A stretch of DNA of 64,000 nt, from contig OX597820.1 of the NCBI GenBank assembly GCA_951406725.2, forward strand, positions 25,916,001 to 25,980,000, read 5' to 3'. This DNA comes from Octopus vulgaris. Lineage: Eukaryota. Below, in pieces: positions 39,301-48,776 of the stretch. Each line of letters opens with the position of its first letter. Positions within the stretch are counted from its first letter, which is position 1. A program made the position numbers and the translations under genes. The notes beneath the pieces are model-generated. The model was not told the DNA's origin. It did not search any database and worked only from the letters and a program-made list of their open reading frames with translations.

Positions 39301-41467
39301 AGCTTACCAGCCCCAGTCAAACCCATGCCAACATGGACAACAGACGTTAAATGATGATGATGAATCTAAATGCTAAAGGATAAGTGTCTTTCACAGGACA
39401 TTACAAAAACAATTAGTGATGTAAGAAAACCAGTTCTGATTGAGAACTGAAAACATAGTGACAGACTTGAACACATAACAATGAAATGTCTTATGTAGGT
39501 CTCTCCAAAAACCTAATACAAGCCTCGTATAACATGACCCTTTTATATTCTTCGATAATGAACCCTGAGACTTTATGGGAGAAAAGGATTAGATAAACTC
39601 CTAAGTTTTCGTTACAAATCTTAAAAAACAAAAGAAAAAGGAACAAAGAAACTTTTATACATCTGGACGATTGAATAACGATCTGGGTTTCCTAACAATT
39701 TTTTTAACAGAAAAATTAATGAAATCCATTATAAATGTGAAAAAAAAATTAATGATCCGTAATTAAGTGCGAGTTGTCTACCTTTAGGTTAAATAGCTAA
39801 CCCAGACATTTACAGGCAATTTGTAACGTGAACAAAGTGACATTTAATGACTAACAAGAGATACAAAACCGGGTGATTTGCCGACGATTCTAAGTACTTG
39901 TCATTACCAACAACATGAATTTGCATAGTTTTTAAAGTTCACCATCTCATTGAGAAGTTATGTTTAACCAGACGTCAACCCCGACTTGGCAACCCTACAA
40001 TCAAAGGTGGTCCAGTCAGACCAAAACAGTCTTTTTTTTAATGAGATTATACTGCCCAATGTATTTCTTATTTAAAACAGTACGAATATGATTTGAGGAT
40101 AATTTGGCTGCTATTTCTTGCAGATCGACAGAATATGTATAATAGGGGTGAAGGACCCACCATCAACATGGAAATAACCCTCAAATTAAATTCTCTTAAA
40201 ATCTATATAAAAAGACCTTAAGACAAAAACAGTAATTTAACATACGTTTCATAGCAAGTAAAGATAAAATTAAAGATCCGCTATTTTACTCAGTACAAAT
40301 GGACCATAACAAGTTCTTATGCACCCGAAATCTACTCCGGGTGCTAACAATGTTCACTACTCTTGGCGTAGAGACACCGAAGATGTTTCAGAAACGAATG
40401 TTAAAAGTGGGTGGTTATTACATCTACATAATTAAAGATGGAATTTAGAGATCTTATTTTAAAGTCGCTGCGGTTAGGATTGAAGGAGTAAAACAAGTTT
40501 AGTTAAAGGCGACCATTACCATCTATCTTCTTTTTATTGAAGATGTATAGACAACAAAATTTAACGACTACGAATGGTGGATTAAAAGAACCGTGGGAAA
40601 ATGCTGGTAGTTTAATAGCTCCAGAATTTACGTTGTGCGTGCAAATCACGCCAGGATCAACTTTGTCTTCCATATTTCCTGGGCCGGTAAAATAAAGTGC
40701 TGCGAATGATTTGATATTTCTACGAAGCATCCTAGATATAAATGTAATTATAGCACAAAGCGAGAAGACGAAACTAGGTCGACAGTTGGATATTTAATTA
40801 AATTAAATAATTATTATTATTATAGCGAACAGAAATACTGAGGCGTGATGCTAATGCCCTTCCGAATGGCACTAATAACAACAATAATAAAGCAATTTCT
40901 GAAATTAGGTACTAGCATGACATGGGATAAAAATTAAAAAGAAACTATACTGCCAACGTTTACGCCTTTTGATGCGTTTGGCAAGGCCGTCTTAACAGCG
41001 TTAAAGGTTCGTGGACAACTCAGCGCACTGGGCCTTATTTATTTGTTTATTGACAGCAAGCTACAGCATACACAAAATAAAGTTAGACCTCCGTGAGGCC
41101 TCGGACAACTGTCCAGGTGCCCGTGTCTAAAGATGGGTACTGGTCTTAGGAATATTTTTTTTTAAATCAGTAACTATTTGTTAAAGTATATCGAAACAAA
41201 CAAACCGAGAATTGCTATAAGTACATTACGATAATTGAAAATCATTTATAAATAAATATAAGAAATCAATGAAATATTACAAAGAAACATAAGAATCATA
41301 AAGGGTTGAGTGCTATAAATGTAAAAGAGTATTTAAAATTTACTGTATAAAAACATAAAAAACTTTGATAAAATCATATTACCAGGGAAGAAGACTGCAT
41401 CGGGTTTATCATAGCTCTCAGAGCAAATTGATTTTTTATCGGCGCTTGTTGGTGCGAAAGAAGACAT
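13548..41467 (-). CDS. xylA: Class II xylose isomerase, 15 coding exons, 1392 nt CDS, 463 aa
   Basis: Manually spliced minus-strand exons all have GT..AG boundaries and matching phases, giving MSSFAPTS...FFPGIEKIPF...[12 protein letters not shown]...DPFG...CFHDRDIAPEG...FWGGREG...[16 protein letters not shown]...[12 protein letters not shown]...GSIDSN...GWDTDEFP...[13 protein letters not shown]...[11 protein letters not shown]...SSGQQE...IKQ*. These are the signature motifs of class II xylose isomerases. Confidence 0.96.
14080..14408. mobile_element. Old MITE-like element with ~90-bp diverged inverted termini
   Basis: ctcattgtgagaatgcata...gacagacaaaa pairs with ttttgtctgtc...tatgcagtctcacaatgag. 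Confidence 0.7.
14942..15150. repeat. MITE-like element with internal perfect 17-bp hairpin
   Basis: ttttatgtcctttatat (14957-14973) pairs with atataaaggacataaaa (14998-15014); weak outer inverted ends. Confidence 0.55.
15407..15481 (-). CDS. xylA: xylose isomerase exon 14 ([25 protein letters not shown])
   Basis: CTACAG acceptor, GTAAGT donor, 75 nt. Confidence 0.94.
15775..16242 (+). mobile_element. RTE 3'-UTR-type repeat with internal ~60-bp tandem array and (GAT)n tail
   Basis: About four copies of cgtggccattgccagcctc...ggcacgtaaaaagcaccatccga, then ggagtggttggcgttaggaagggcatccagc...aaacgatgatgatg. Confidence 0.75.
16246..16384. repeat. Imperfect ~57-bp-arm hairpin
   Basis: ...catacacagccacatgcaaatgccttgcaac pairs with gttgcaaggcatttgtgtgtggctgtatg... 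Confidence 0.75.
17441..17520 (-). CDS. xylA: xylose isomerase exon 13 ([16 protein letters not shown]...VK)
   Basis: TTCAG acceptor, GTAAGG donor, 80 nt. Confidence 0.94.
17555..17685. mobile_element. 131-bp hairpin-containing insertion with 16-bp target-site duplication
   Basis: aggttttatttgtttt at 17539-17554 and 17686-17701; internal inverted repeat 17594-17684. Confidence 0.7.
18904..19006 (-). CDS. xylA: xylose isomerase exon 12 ([23 protein letters not shown]...SHI)
   Basis: TTTCAG acceptor, weak GTGTGT donor, 103 nt; NFDxKxRR motif. Confidence 0.93.
19325..20100 (+). mobile_element. RTE-type LINE 3' fragment with (GAT)n tail
   Basis: Decayed [24 protein letters not shown]...[15 protein letters not shown], then the 3' UTR shared by many short copies in the window. 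Confidence 0.75.
20392..20497 (-). CDS. xylA: xylose isomerase exon 11 ([24 protein letters not shown]...MK)
   Basis: TTGCAG acceptor, GTAAGC donor, 106 nt; visible in ORF 20371..20562(-). Confidence 0.96.
20950..21253 (-). mobile_element. CR1/L2-type LINE 3' fragment
   Basis: Minus strand reads [19 protein letters not shown]...SFK, typical of the CR1 ORF2 C-terminus, then a short UTR and ATT-rich tail. Confidence 0.7.
21717..21787 (-). CDS. xylA: xylose isomerase exon 10 ([23 protein letters not shown])
   Basis: CTCAG acceptor, GTAAGT donor, 71 nt; E-x-x-H metal ligands. Confidence 0.95.
23183..23238 (-). CDS. xylA: xylose isomerase exon 9 ([18 protein letters not shown])
   Basis: TTTGCAG acceptor, GTAATC donor, 56 nt; visible inside ORF 23015..23332(-). 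Confidence 0.93.
23508..23739 (-). mobile_element. tRNA-derived SINE family B with 16-bp TSD
   Basis: Core gcctttcatcctttcggggtcaattaaataagtaccag; TSD tatgatggtaacatac at 23492-23507 and 23740-23755. Confidence 0.85.
24062..24145 (-). CDS. xylA: xylose isomerase exon 8 (YKEKIG...[14 protein letters not shown])
   Basis: TTTTAG acceptor, GTGAGT donor, 84 nt; metal-binding EPKP motif. Confidence 0.95.
24640..25170 (-). mobile_element. RTE-type LINE ORF2 C-terminal fragment
   Basis: ORF 24650..24970(-): [17 protein letters not shown]....GRKSKGRP. Confidence 0.7.
25271..25366 (-). CDS. xylA: xylose isomerase exon 7 ([14 protein letters not shown]...MAV)
   Basis: AAG acceptor, GTAATT donor, 96 nt; WGGREG motif. 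Confidence 0.95.
26696..26805 (-). CDS. xylA: xylose isomerase exon 6 ([23 protein letters not shown]...ENF)
   Basis: TTTTAG acceptor, GTAGGT donor, 110 nt. Confidence 0.95.
27778..28040. mobile_element. Old MITE-like inverted repeat (~90-bp diverged arms)
   Basis: tttcattactataat..atagaacatgtcta..ttagccaacactgtgttatga pairs with tcatagcacacaatattggctaa..tagatatgttctat..attatagcaatgaaa. Confidence 0.65.
28722..28859 (-). CDS. xylA: xylose isomerase exon 5 (DIAPEG...[12 protein letters not shown])
   Basis: CAG acceptor, GTAAGT donor, 138 nt. Confidence 0.95.
30577..30718 (-). CDS. xylA: xylose isomerase exon 4 (ADPFG...WCFHDR)
   Basis: TAG acceptor, GTATAA donor, 142 nt; contains the catalytic His of FHDRD. 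Confidence 0.95.
32455..32932 (-). mobile_element. Dong/R4-like LINE 3' fragment (restriction-like endonuclease end) within (TAA)n
   Basis: [30 protein letters not shown]....[10 protein letters not shown]; TAA repeats on both sides. Confidence 0.75.
33034..33106 (-). CDS. xylA: xylose isomerase exon 3 ([24 protein letters not shown])
   Basis: TAG acceptor, GTCAGT donor, 73 nt; WLRF..WHTF motif. Confidence 0.95.
33320..33720 (-). mobile_element. Decayed Hero/R2-group LINE 3' fragment
   Basis: Minus strand reads [26 protein letters not shown], followed by a UTR ...aatgactccaggaaatatcattgatgatgtgtcc; family assigned from recalled similarity. Confidence 0.45.
35839..36939 (-). mobile_element. 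Decayed mariner (DD34D) transposon in xylose isomerase intron 2
   Basis: Imperfect TIRs ttaggtcatctcatagataatg / cattgtttatgggatgacccaa in TA context; transposase remnants MEVTKEHI..., [33 protein letters not shown] with stops and an internal deletion. Confidence 0.9.
35914..36752 (-). pseudogene. mariner transposase pseudogene
   Basis: In-frame stops in the N-terminal HTH part; only the C-terminal 101-aa ORF 35914..36219 stays open. Confidence 0.85.
37009..37085 (-). CDS. xylA: xylose isomerase exon 2 ([26 protein letters not shown])
   Basis: TTCAG acceptor, GTAAAT donor, 77 nt; FKHYNP motif. Confidence 0.92.
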
Positions 41468-42300
41468 GATCAGAGACGAGCAGTCAATTAACAAGAAATT
41501 TAAAACTTGTTTAAAGAAGTGAAGTGATAATAAAAGAACAAGGGAGGTAACTAGGGTACTAAATATAAAATCTTAAGTTCTCTTTCTCTGATAGCATTAT
41601 CACAAAGTTGGGGGTGGGGCATAGTTGTTTAGATCTAACTCAATACTTGACTTGTACTTGACTTTTATCGACCCTAGTAAAATGAAATGTCATGTCGACC
41701 CCGACGAAAATTGAACTCGGGAAGTTTTATATATTCGTTTACTTTTGACTAGATCGCAGTTATAAAAGTTGCTGTTGTTGGTACTAAACCTGCCTGTGAT
41801 CTGCTCCTGGGTCTATGGCATAAATGTTCTGTTTAAAACGATCTAAATTATTACCTTCCATCAAACTTTCGTGTAAATTTATGTTTCAAACACCAGCTTC
41901 AAAATGACAAAGTTGTTTTGCTAAATTCTTTATTGTTTTCGAAATTAAGTTAAACAAAGACAAAAATACGATAACGAAAGCGTTAACCACACGCTAATCC
42001 TTATTGAACACACATACTAAAAGGCTTTCCAACTGTGATCAGTCCGTCTTTTGAGGTGTATCAAAAATAATTTATGTTTTAGACGCCTATATTTTATGAT
42101 TCAGAGAAGATTTTTAGCAGTCTGAAAGGTTGTGTTGAAAGTAAAGGTTCCCCAACGAGTTCGTTAGGGAGGTATTAGATCCATTGAAATCCATAAAGCG
42201 TTAAACAAAATGCTTTGCAGTATTTAATTAAGTCCATTTTCGTGTTCGAATCACACCGAAGTCATCAGTCATTTTCCCTGAGGTTAAAATAAGTACCTGT
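39500..42300. promoter_or_regulatory. CpG-retaining region around the first exon; probable promoter and 5' end of the xylose isomerase gene
   Basis: CG dinucleotides are visibly more frequent here than in the gene body, judged by eye and not counted; the region centres on exon 1. Confidence 0.5.
41383..41467 (-). CDS. xylA: xylose isomerase coding exon 1 ([28 protein letters not shown])
   Basis: ATG at 41467, open frame ending FFP-G then GTAATA donor; phase 1 matches exon 2; FFP(G) is the usual XI N-terminal motif. Confidence 0.85.
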
Positions 42301-43028
42301 CAAATACTTGGGGTGATATCAGAAAATCTGTAGCTTTTGGCCTAAGTGAGGAACTGATGTGTTTCAAGAGGGAAGAATATATTTCAATGCTGTGAGTGGC
42401 TGTGTGGTAAGTAGTTTGCTAACCAACCACATGGTTCCGGGTTCAGTCCCACTGCGTGGCATCTTGGGCAAGTGTCTTCTGCTATATCCCCAGGTGGACC
42501 ACTGCCTTGTGAGTGGATTTGGTAGATGGAAACTGAAAGAAGCCTGTCGTATATATGTATATTAATATATGTATGTGTGTGTGTGTGTCTGTGTTTATCC
42601 CCCTAGCATTGCTTGACAACCGATGCTGGTGTGTTTACATTCCCGTAACTTAGCAGTTCGGCAAAAGAGACTGATAGAATAAGTACTGGACTTACAAAGA
42701 ATAAGTCCCGGGGTTGATGTGCTCGACTAAAAGGCAGTGCTCCAGCATGGCCACAGTCAAATGACTGAAACAAGTAAAAGAGGAGAAGAGTAAAGTGAAT
42801 GTGAAGTGAAATGGAAAATGACTTTGTAGAACGACCATGCGAAGGGAGAGGTGACGAATGAATGACTCCTTTAATACACCACATGGTTGCTTACAATAAA
42901 AGCAAAAATGGATAAATGAGTAAGTGTGCCAGAAAAGAAAAGAAAGACAACACAACCGTAGAATGTTAAGAGAAAGGTTTTATTTAGGTGTTAGCAGAGT
43001 GTGTGTCTGTGTGTGTGACATAAATACG

Positions 43029-43451
43029 TCTTCTCTATATATAAACGGCAGTTTGTCTGTCTGTGTGTCTGTCAGGTTGTACCCTCACCCTGACCACGGC
43101 TTTCAACCGATTCTGATGAAACTTAACACACATATAGTCCAATGTTATAATTCAAAACTAACGCAGCGAAAATTTTGAAAAGTTCCCCCAGTTCTGAAAA
43201 AATCGATAAATTCGACATGGGGGTCGAGAATCTAAGCTTTTTATATGCGACACATTTTCTGTTGTAGTTTTTGCAACTTGCAATCGGGAGACAGCTAGGA
43301 ACATCGTATACACAGAAGTATTCGAGTGAAGAGAAGACATTGCAACCTACACATGCACCTTCGTTCCCTAGAGGGAAAGAAATAGATTGGGATTAGTCGT
43401 TGCCTACTAGGGGCTCTTACATACCCGGGCAACGTCGGGCTATGCTGCTAG
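43029..43451 (+). mobile_element. Non-autonomous Helitron-like element
   Basis: 5' TC start, 3' CTAG followed by T, subterminal hairpin cccgg-gcaacg-tcggg (43424-43439); first ~190 bp shared with the 53188-53559 copy. Confidence 0.75.
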
Positions 43452-44556
43452 TATATAATAATAATAATAACAAAAGACAGGCCGTCATGCATACATAATG
43501 TGTATGTGTGTACAAACAAGGGTGTATGTATGTGAGATAAAATACAGAGCATAGAAAGAGTCTATAACAGGACGCTAGAAGTTCAGACACAATGAAGATA
43601 AATACCAGTGGTGGAATTTCAAGCTAACTAAATATTGATAGCATTTACCAATATTAACTGGTTTTCCCTGAGTCTTTATTCTAAGATGATTTGAAAAGAT
43701 GTGTAGTGAACACTAGTGAACTTCCTCTATCCATTATATAACCATATGTACATATGAATGTAGCAGGTAACAGCTAACATTTCGGCTCTGTTTTGGACCA
43801 TGTTGTGTCTACCACTCTGATTGGTTGGTATTGGTGCAATTTGTCTCTTACTCTATCACAACTTTCAAATAAATCACATGGGACAGTCTGTTCTAAACTC
43901 CATCTGAGCCTACTGTTAGCTATAAAAACTCATCTCCTCCTCATCTCAAAGTCTGTTGGTTCCAAACCTTCTAAGGTCTAACCACTGACCACATTACAGC
44001 AACCTCCATCTTCATTGCCACCATGATGCCTCTCACCAACATCGTCAACAACATCTCTACACAGCACCGACAACACTGCACAGGTTCTAACATATTGTTT
44101 GTGAGCTTCCTCATGGGGGTTAACAGCAAGCATACAACCCACACAGATGCATGTAGATATATGAATAAATGTTCAACCATTTCCATTTATCATTCAGCTT
44201 GTATATATACGTGTGGCTGGCATTAAAGACATTTAAAGTTACCACCTTGTTCCATGTATTTCTTTATACTGTGTTCCTGTCAAATGATATTATAGCCTTT
44301 TGAGTAGAGTCACATTAGATGGAATACAATCTATCCTTCTATAATGGAAGCCTGACGCAGCACACACTACAATTCCTTCTATAGATGGTCTGAAAAAGCT
44401 ATGGCTGCTATTCTTAGATTATTGAATGAGAAAATGCAAGACTGAAGAATTAAAGAACTGGTTAAGTGTCAGAAGTAAAAATACACTCAATGTGGATTTG
44501 AAGAGTAATGGGTGTGACGGTTAAGTGAAAATGAAATTGCTAAACAATTTCCTTAA

Positions 44557-44777
44557 CCCTTTAGCATTTAAACCGACCATATCCAGCCAAAAGTATTCTG
44601 CCTGTTTTATGTTCAAACTAGCCATATCTGGTCTCTCACACCAACCCTACAATACCTTTTAAAAAATTAACAGCTACCTCATCAAAATCTCATAGTTGCA
44701 AGATAATGCATGATCAATTCAAAAGAATGTGGATGAAGAAGCATTAATTTTGGTAGAATAATGCGAACACTAAAGGG
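44557..44777. mobile_element. piggyBac-type MITE
   Basis: TTAA|CCCTTTAG ... CTAAAGGG|TTAA; related decayed copies near 6160-6330, 37503-37722, 38807-39380 and 54970-55185. Confidence 0.8.
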
Positions 44778-45854
44778 TTAAATGAACAAGGGCTTACATG
44801 CAATGACAAGGCCGAATAAGAACTAAAAACTCTAGGTTGAGCTTGAATACTGGACTTCCTTCCTATCTTTTCGAGGACTCAGCATTGTAAGATTACAAAT
44901 ATTTATTCAGAGTTTTTAAAGGGAAAACATGCTGAGATTTGATCTGCTAATTTTTTTGTTTCCATATTTACACCTGCGAACTTCTTTCCTTTAAACTTCA
45001 CATGAAAACTTTCATTCAAGCACTATTTCTGATGTTTTCTAATGGACAATGTATTTGAAGTTTGTTTTCTTATTTGTTCACACTGAAAAGCCTTTTCCTT
45101 TAGCATACATTTTTTTTCCTTTCATATTTTTTACTTTGTTTTATACACACACTCACATTGATATGTATACAAATATACACTTTTGTGCATGCATGTGCAA
45201 ACATATTACAAGTATACATGTGACAGCAAATGGCTTTTTTCTGTTTTGCTTTTTCTTTGTTGATAGCAATTTCCACACTTTGCAAACTAGTTCATGTCAA
45301 ATATGTAGTAGCACATGTATAAAACCTTGCAACACAGCAGTGTTCAATTTTATGCAGTTCACTAAGCATAAAACCCAACATAGTAACATTTTATTTACAT
45401 TAATCTCAGCTCAGAGGTTTTCAAAAGTGATTTATCCACTGAGAAGGTTACCTAGTTTGGTGACAGCAAGGATGAGTAACCTGATAAAATCTTTAGGCAT
45501 TCATATACAAAGAAAGGAAAAATATCTTTGGCAGTTACACTCAACATGGATGGTATGTGATGATTGACTTTCCTATGGTGGCCATCAAGCAGTTTCTGAA
45601 CAGAGTACATCTTTATCTTTTACTTGTTTCAGTCATTAGACTGTGGCTATGCTGGGTCACCACCTCGAAGAATTTTAGTCAAACAAATTGACTCCAGGAC
45701 TAATTTTTTTTAAGCCTTGAATTTATGCTATCAGTCTCTTTTACTGAACTGCTAAGTTACAGAGACATAAGCATCACTAACACCAGTTGTCAAATGCTAG
45801 TGGGAGACAAACATAGATACTAATACACACACACACGGGTTTCTTTCAGTTTCT

Positions 45855-46081
45855 TATTTCTTTATTGCCCACAAGAGGCTAAACATAGAGGGGGCAAACA
45901 AGGACAGACAAAGGATTAAGTCGATTGCATCGACCCCAGTGCGTAACTGGTACTTAATTTATCGACCCCGAAAGGATGAAAGGGAAAGTCAACCTCGGCG
46001 GAATTTGAACTCAGAACATAACGGCAGATGAAATACTGCTAAGCATTTCACCTGGCGTGCTAACGTTTCTGCCAGTTCGCA
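45855..46081 (-). mobile_element. SINE family B nested in a family A SINE, 18-bp TSD
   Basis: gggtttctttcagtttct at 45837-45854 and 46082-46099. Confidence 0.85.
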
Positions 46082-46680
46082 GGGTTTCTTTCAGTTTCTG
46101 CTGACCAGATCCCCTCACAAGTCTTTGGTAAAAGGCACTTGTCCAAGTTGCCATACCACTGGATTGAACCAGGAACCATGTAGTTGGGAAACCTCTTACC
46201 ACATAGCCATGCCTATGGATCTTTTATTTTTAAGCTAGCTAATTACCCACAAGAAAAGGGAAACACCCATAAATTTTTTGCAAACCTTCCCAAACAGGTG
46301 AGACTGATATGATGGATCTTTAGATTGACAGACTATAAAGTTGATTTATGCAGTAAAACTGTGGATAAGAAGGGAGTTTCAGGAAAATGCAGCTCAAGGG
46401 AGAATTGACTGATTTAAGTGTTTTGTGTGAATTCAGTTGGGGAGATGAAACAAAATGAGAGTGATAGGAGGAGGAGACAAAAGTAAACAAGAAAAAATTA
46501 AATTTTTCACTCATGAAATCTAAATATTCATATTAGTACAATGAAATATTAAGATCTATCAATATACATATGTATGTGTGCATGTGTGTTTAATACATAA
46601 TACATACGAACATACATACATACATACACGCATACATACACATATGTATGTGTGTGTGTGTATATGTATGTATACATGTA

Positions 46681-46744
<64 letters not shown>

Positions 46745-46799
46745 AGTATGTATATAGGTAGGTAGGTATGTGTGTATGTATGTATGAGTGTATGTATGC

Positions 46800-46848
<49 letters not shown>

Positions 46849-46856
46849 TGTATATA

Positions 46857-46905
<49 letters not shown>

Positions 46906-46916
46906 TATATAGAAGG

Positions 46917-46967
46917 AGCTTCTACAGGACTAGAACTGTTTCATTCAAGAGAAATCTTCAGGAAGCT
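46917..46967 (-). ncRNA. Type I hammerhead ribozyme motif (intact GUA site)
   Basis: Minus strand AGCUUC-CUGAAGA-U/UUC ucuu GAA/U-GAAA-CAG uucuaguc CUG-UA-GAAGCU: stem I 6 bp, canonical core, short stem II, stem III, GUA triplet. Confidence 0.75.
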
Positions 46968-47392
46968 AGTTAACAAGAATTGTATTGGCATTTATACATT
47001 TAGGCAGGTTTAAAGGGGTGTTGGTGGGGGACTTTTTGGGGGTAGGCATAGCGCAAAGTATCATACTTGGGGGAGTGGTCAAGGAGTCAGGGTTAAATTA
47101 GATAGAAGAATAAATAAAAAAATAAATAAATAAATAAAAAAATAAAAAATAAAATATATATATATATAAAAAAAGGGGAAATAGAGTTTTAGGTAAATAA
47201 GGAGATTCTCACTTATACCTATGCACATATGTATACATATATACACACACACACAAACATATATACATATACATACACACATACATACACACACATATAT
47301 ATATACATATATATACACTTACACGTTGATTCGTTAGCTACTGCACGCATTTTTTTTCTCTCCTTCTTTCTGTGTTTTTCTCTCTCTGTGTA

Positions 47393-47430
47393 TCTTTCTG
47401 TTGAAGAGCGTAGGCTCGAAACGTTAAAGA
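47393..47430 (+). ncRNA. Hammerhead-like motif with deviant core inside a 204-bp insertion
   Basis: UCUUU-CUGUUGA-A-GAGC guag GCUC-GAAA-CG-UU-AAAGA: stems I and II and palindromic ACGU present, but A6 is U and there is an extra A. Confidence 0.4.
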
Positions 47431-47721
47431 CTTGTTTTATTTATATTTCCTGAGCGCCATACTAATACAATTGTTCGTTTGTTTTCCACCTGCCTTCGTC
47501 TTTTGTTTATTTTCATAAAGCTTCCCGTTATACATATCTACACATACACATATATGTATACATATACACACAGAAAAATTTATATACACATACACACACA
47601 TACTCACATACACGCATACACACACATATATCCACACACACACATGCACACACAGCAGCACATTAGTCCCTATATACACATATATACACATACACACATA
47701 TATACACACACATACATACAT

Positions 47722-47761
<40 letters not shown>

Positions 47762-48008
47762 GTGTACCTATGCTTACCTCCACATACACACATATATATA
47801 CACATACAAGTACAGACCCATTCCCTAATTTTAATTTTATTATCTTCAGTTTATTACTTTTGTTATCTTTGGCCGCTTGGCCAAGTAATAAACTGAAGAT
47901 AACAAAAGTAATAAACTGAAGATAATAAAATTAAAATTAGGGAATGGGTCTGTATTTGTATGTGTATATATATGTGTGTATGTGGAGGTAAGCATAGGTA
48001 CACATATG

Positions 48009-48041
<33 letters not shown>

Positions 48042-48602
48042 ATGTATGTATGTGTGTATATATATGTGTGTATGTGTATATATGTGTATATAGGGACTAA
48101 TGTGCTGCTGTGTGTGCATGTGTGTGTGTGGATATATGTGTGTGTGTATGCGTGTATGTGAGTATGTGTGTGTATGTGTATATAAATTTTTCTGTGTGTA
48201 TATGTATACATATATGTGTATGTGTAGATATGTATATGTATGTGTAAGTGTATATATATGTATATATATATGTGTGTGTATGTATGTGTGTATGTATATG
48301 TATATATGTTTGTGTGTGTGTGTATATATGTATACATATGTGCATAGGTATAAGTGAGAATCTCCTTATTTACCTAAAACTCTATTTCCCCTTTTTTTAT
48401 ATATATATATATTTTATTTTTTATTTTTTTATTTTTTTATTTATTTATTTTTTTATTTATTCTTCTATCTAATTTAACCCTGACTCCTTGACCACTCCCC
48501 CAAGTATGATACTTTGCGCTATGCCTACCCCCAAAAAGTCCCCCACCAACACCCCTTTAAACCTGCCTAAATGTATAAATGCCAATACAATTCTTGTTAA
48601 CT

Positions 48603-48653
48603 AGCTTCCTGAAGATTTCTCTTGAATGAAACAGTTCTAGTCCTGAAGAAGCT
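48603..48653 (+). ncRNA. Type I hammerhead motif, mirror copy with cleavage triplet GUA changed to GAA
   Basis: Same as the 46917-46967 copy except T->A at 48646 (U16.1). Confidence 0.65.
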
Positions 48654-48739
48654 CCTTCTATATAATAAATTAATTTTACTCTGCTATGTATTGAGTACCT
48701 TATTTACTGTGGTTAACCCCGAATCAACCCGGGACCTAC

Positions 48740-48776
<37 letters not shown>

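Larger units (their letters stand above)
46900..48670. repeat. ~1.77 kb fold-back palindrome (arms 46900-47869 and 47896-48670, 26-nt spacer)
   Basis: The right arm is the near-exact reverse complement of the left arm apart from an insertion at 47325-47528 and a few substitutions; mirrored ORFs 47079..47318(-) and 48248..48472(+) show the same thing. Confidence 0.95.

Noticed and set aside
13548-41467. Bacterial contamination or recent horizontal transfer of xylA
   Set aside because: Fourteen GT-AG introns filled with host repeats show long residence in this genome.
45049-45567. 172-aa plus-strand ORF
   Set aside because: Low-complexity F/H/T-rich translation with no domain motif or splice support.
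46559-48472. Many 60-160 aa ORFs rich in YI, HT, CV and MYVC
   Set aside because: Translations of TA/CA/TATG microsatellites; the mirrored pairs only reflect the palindrome.
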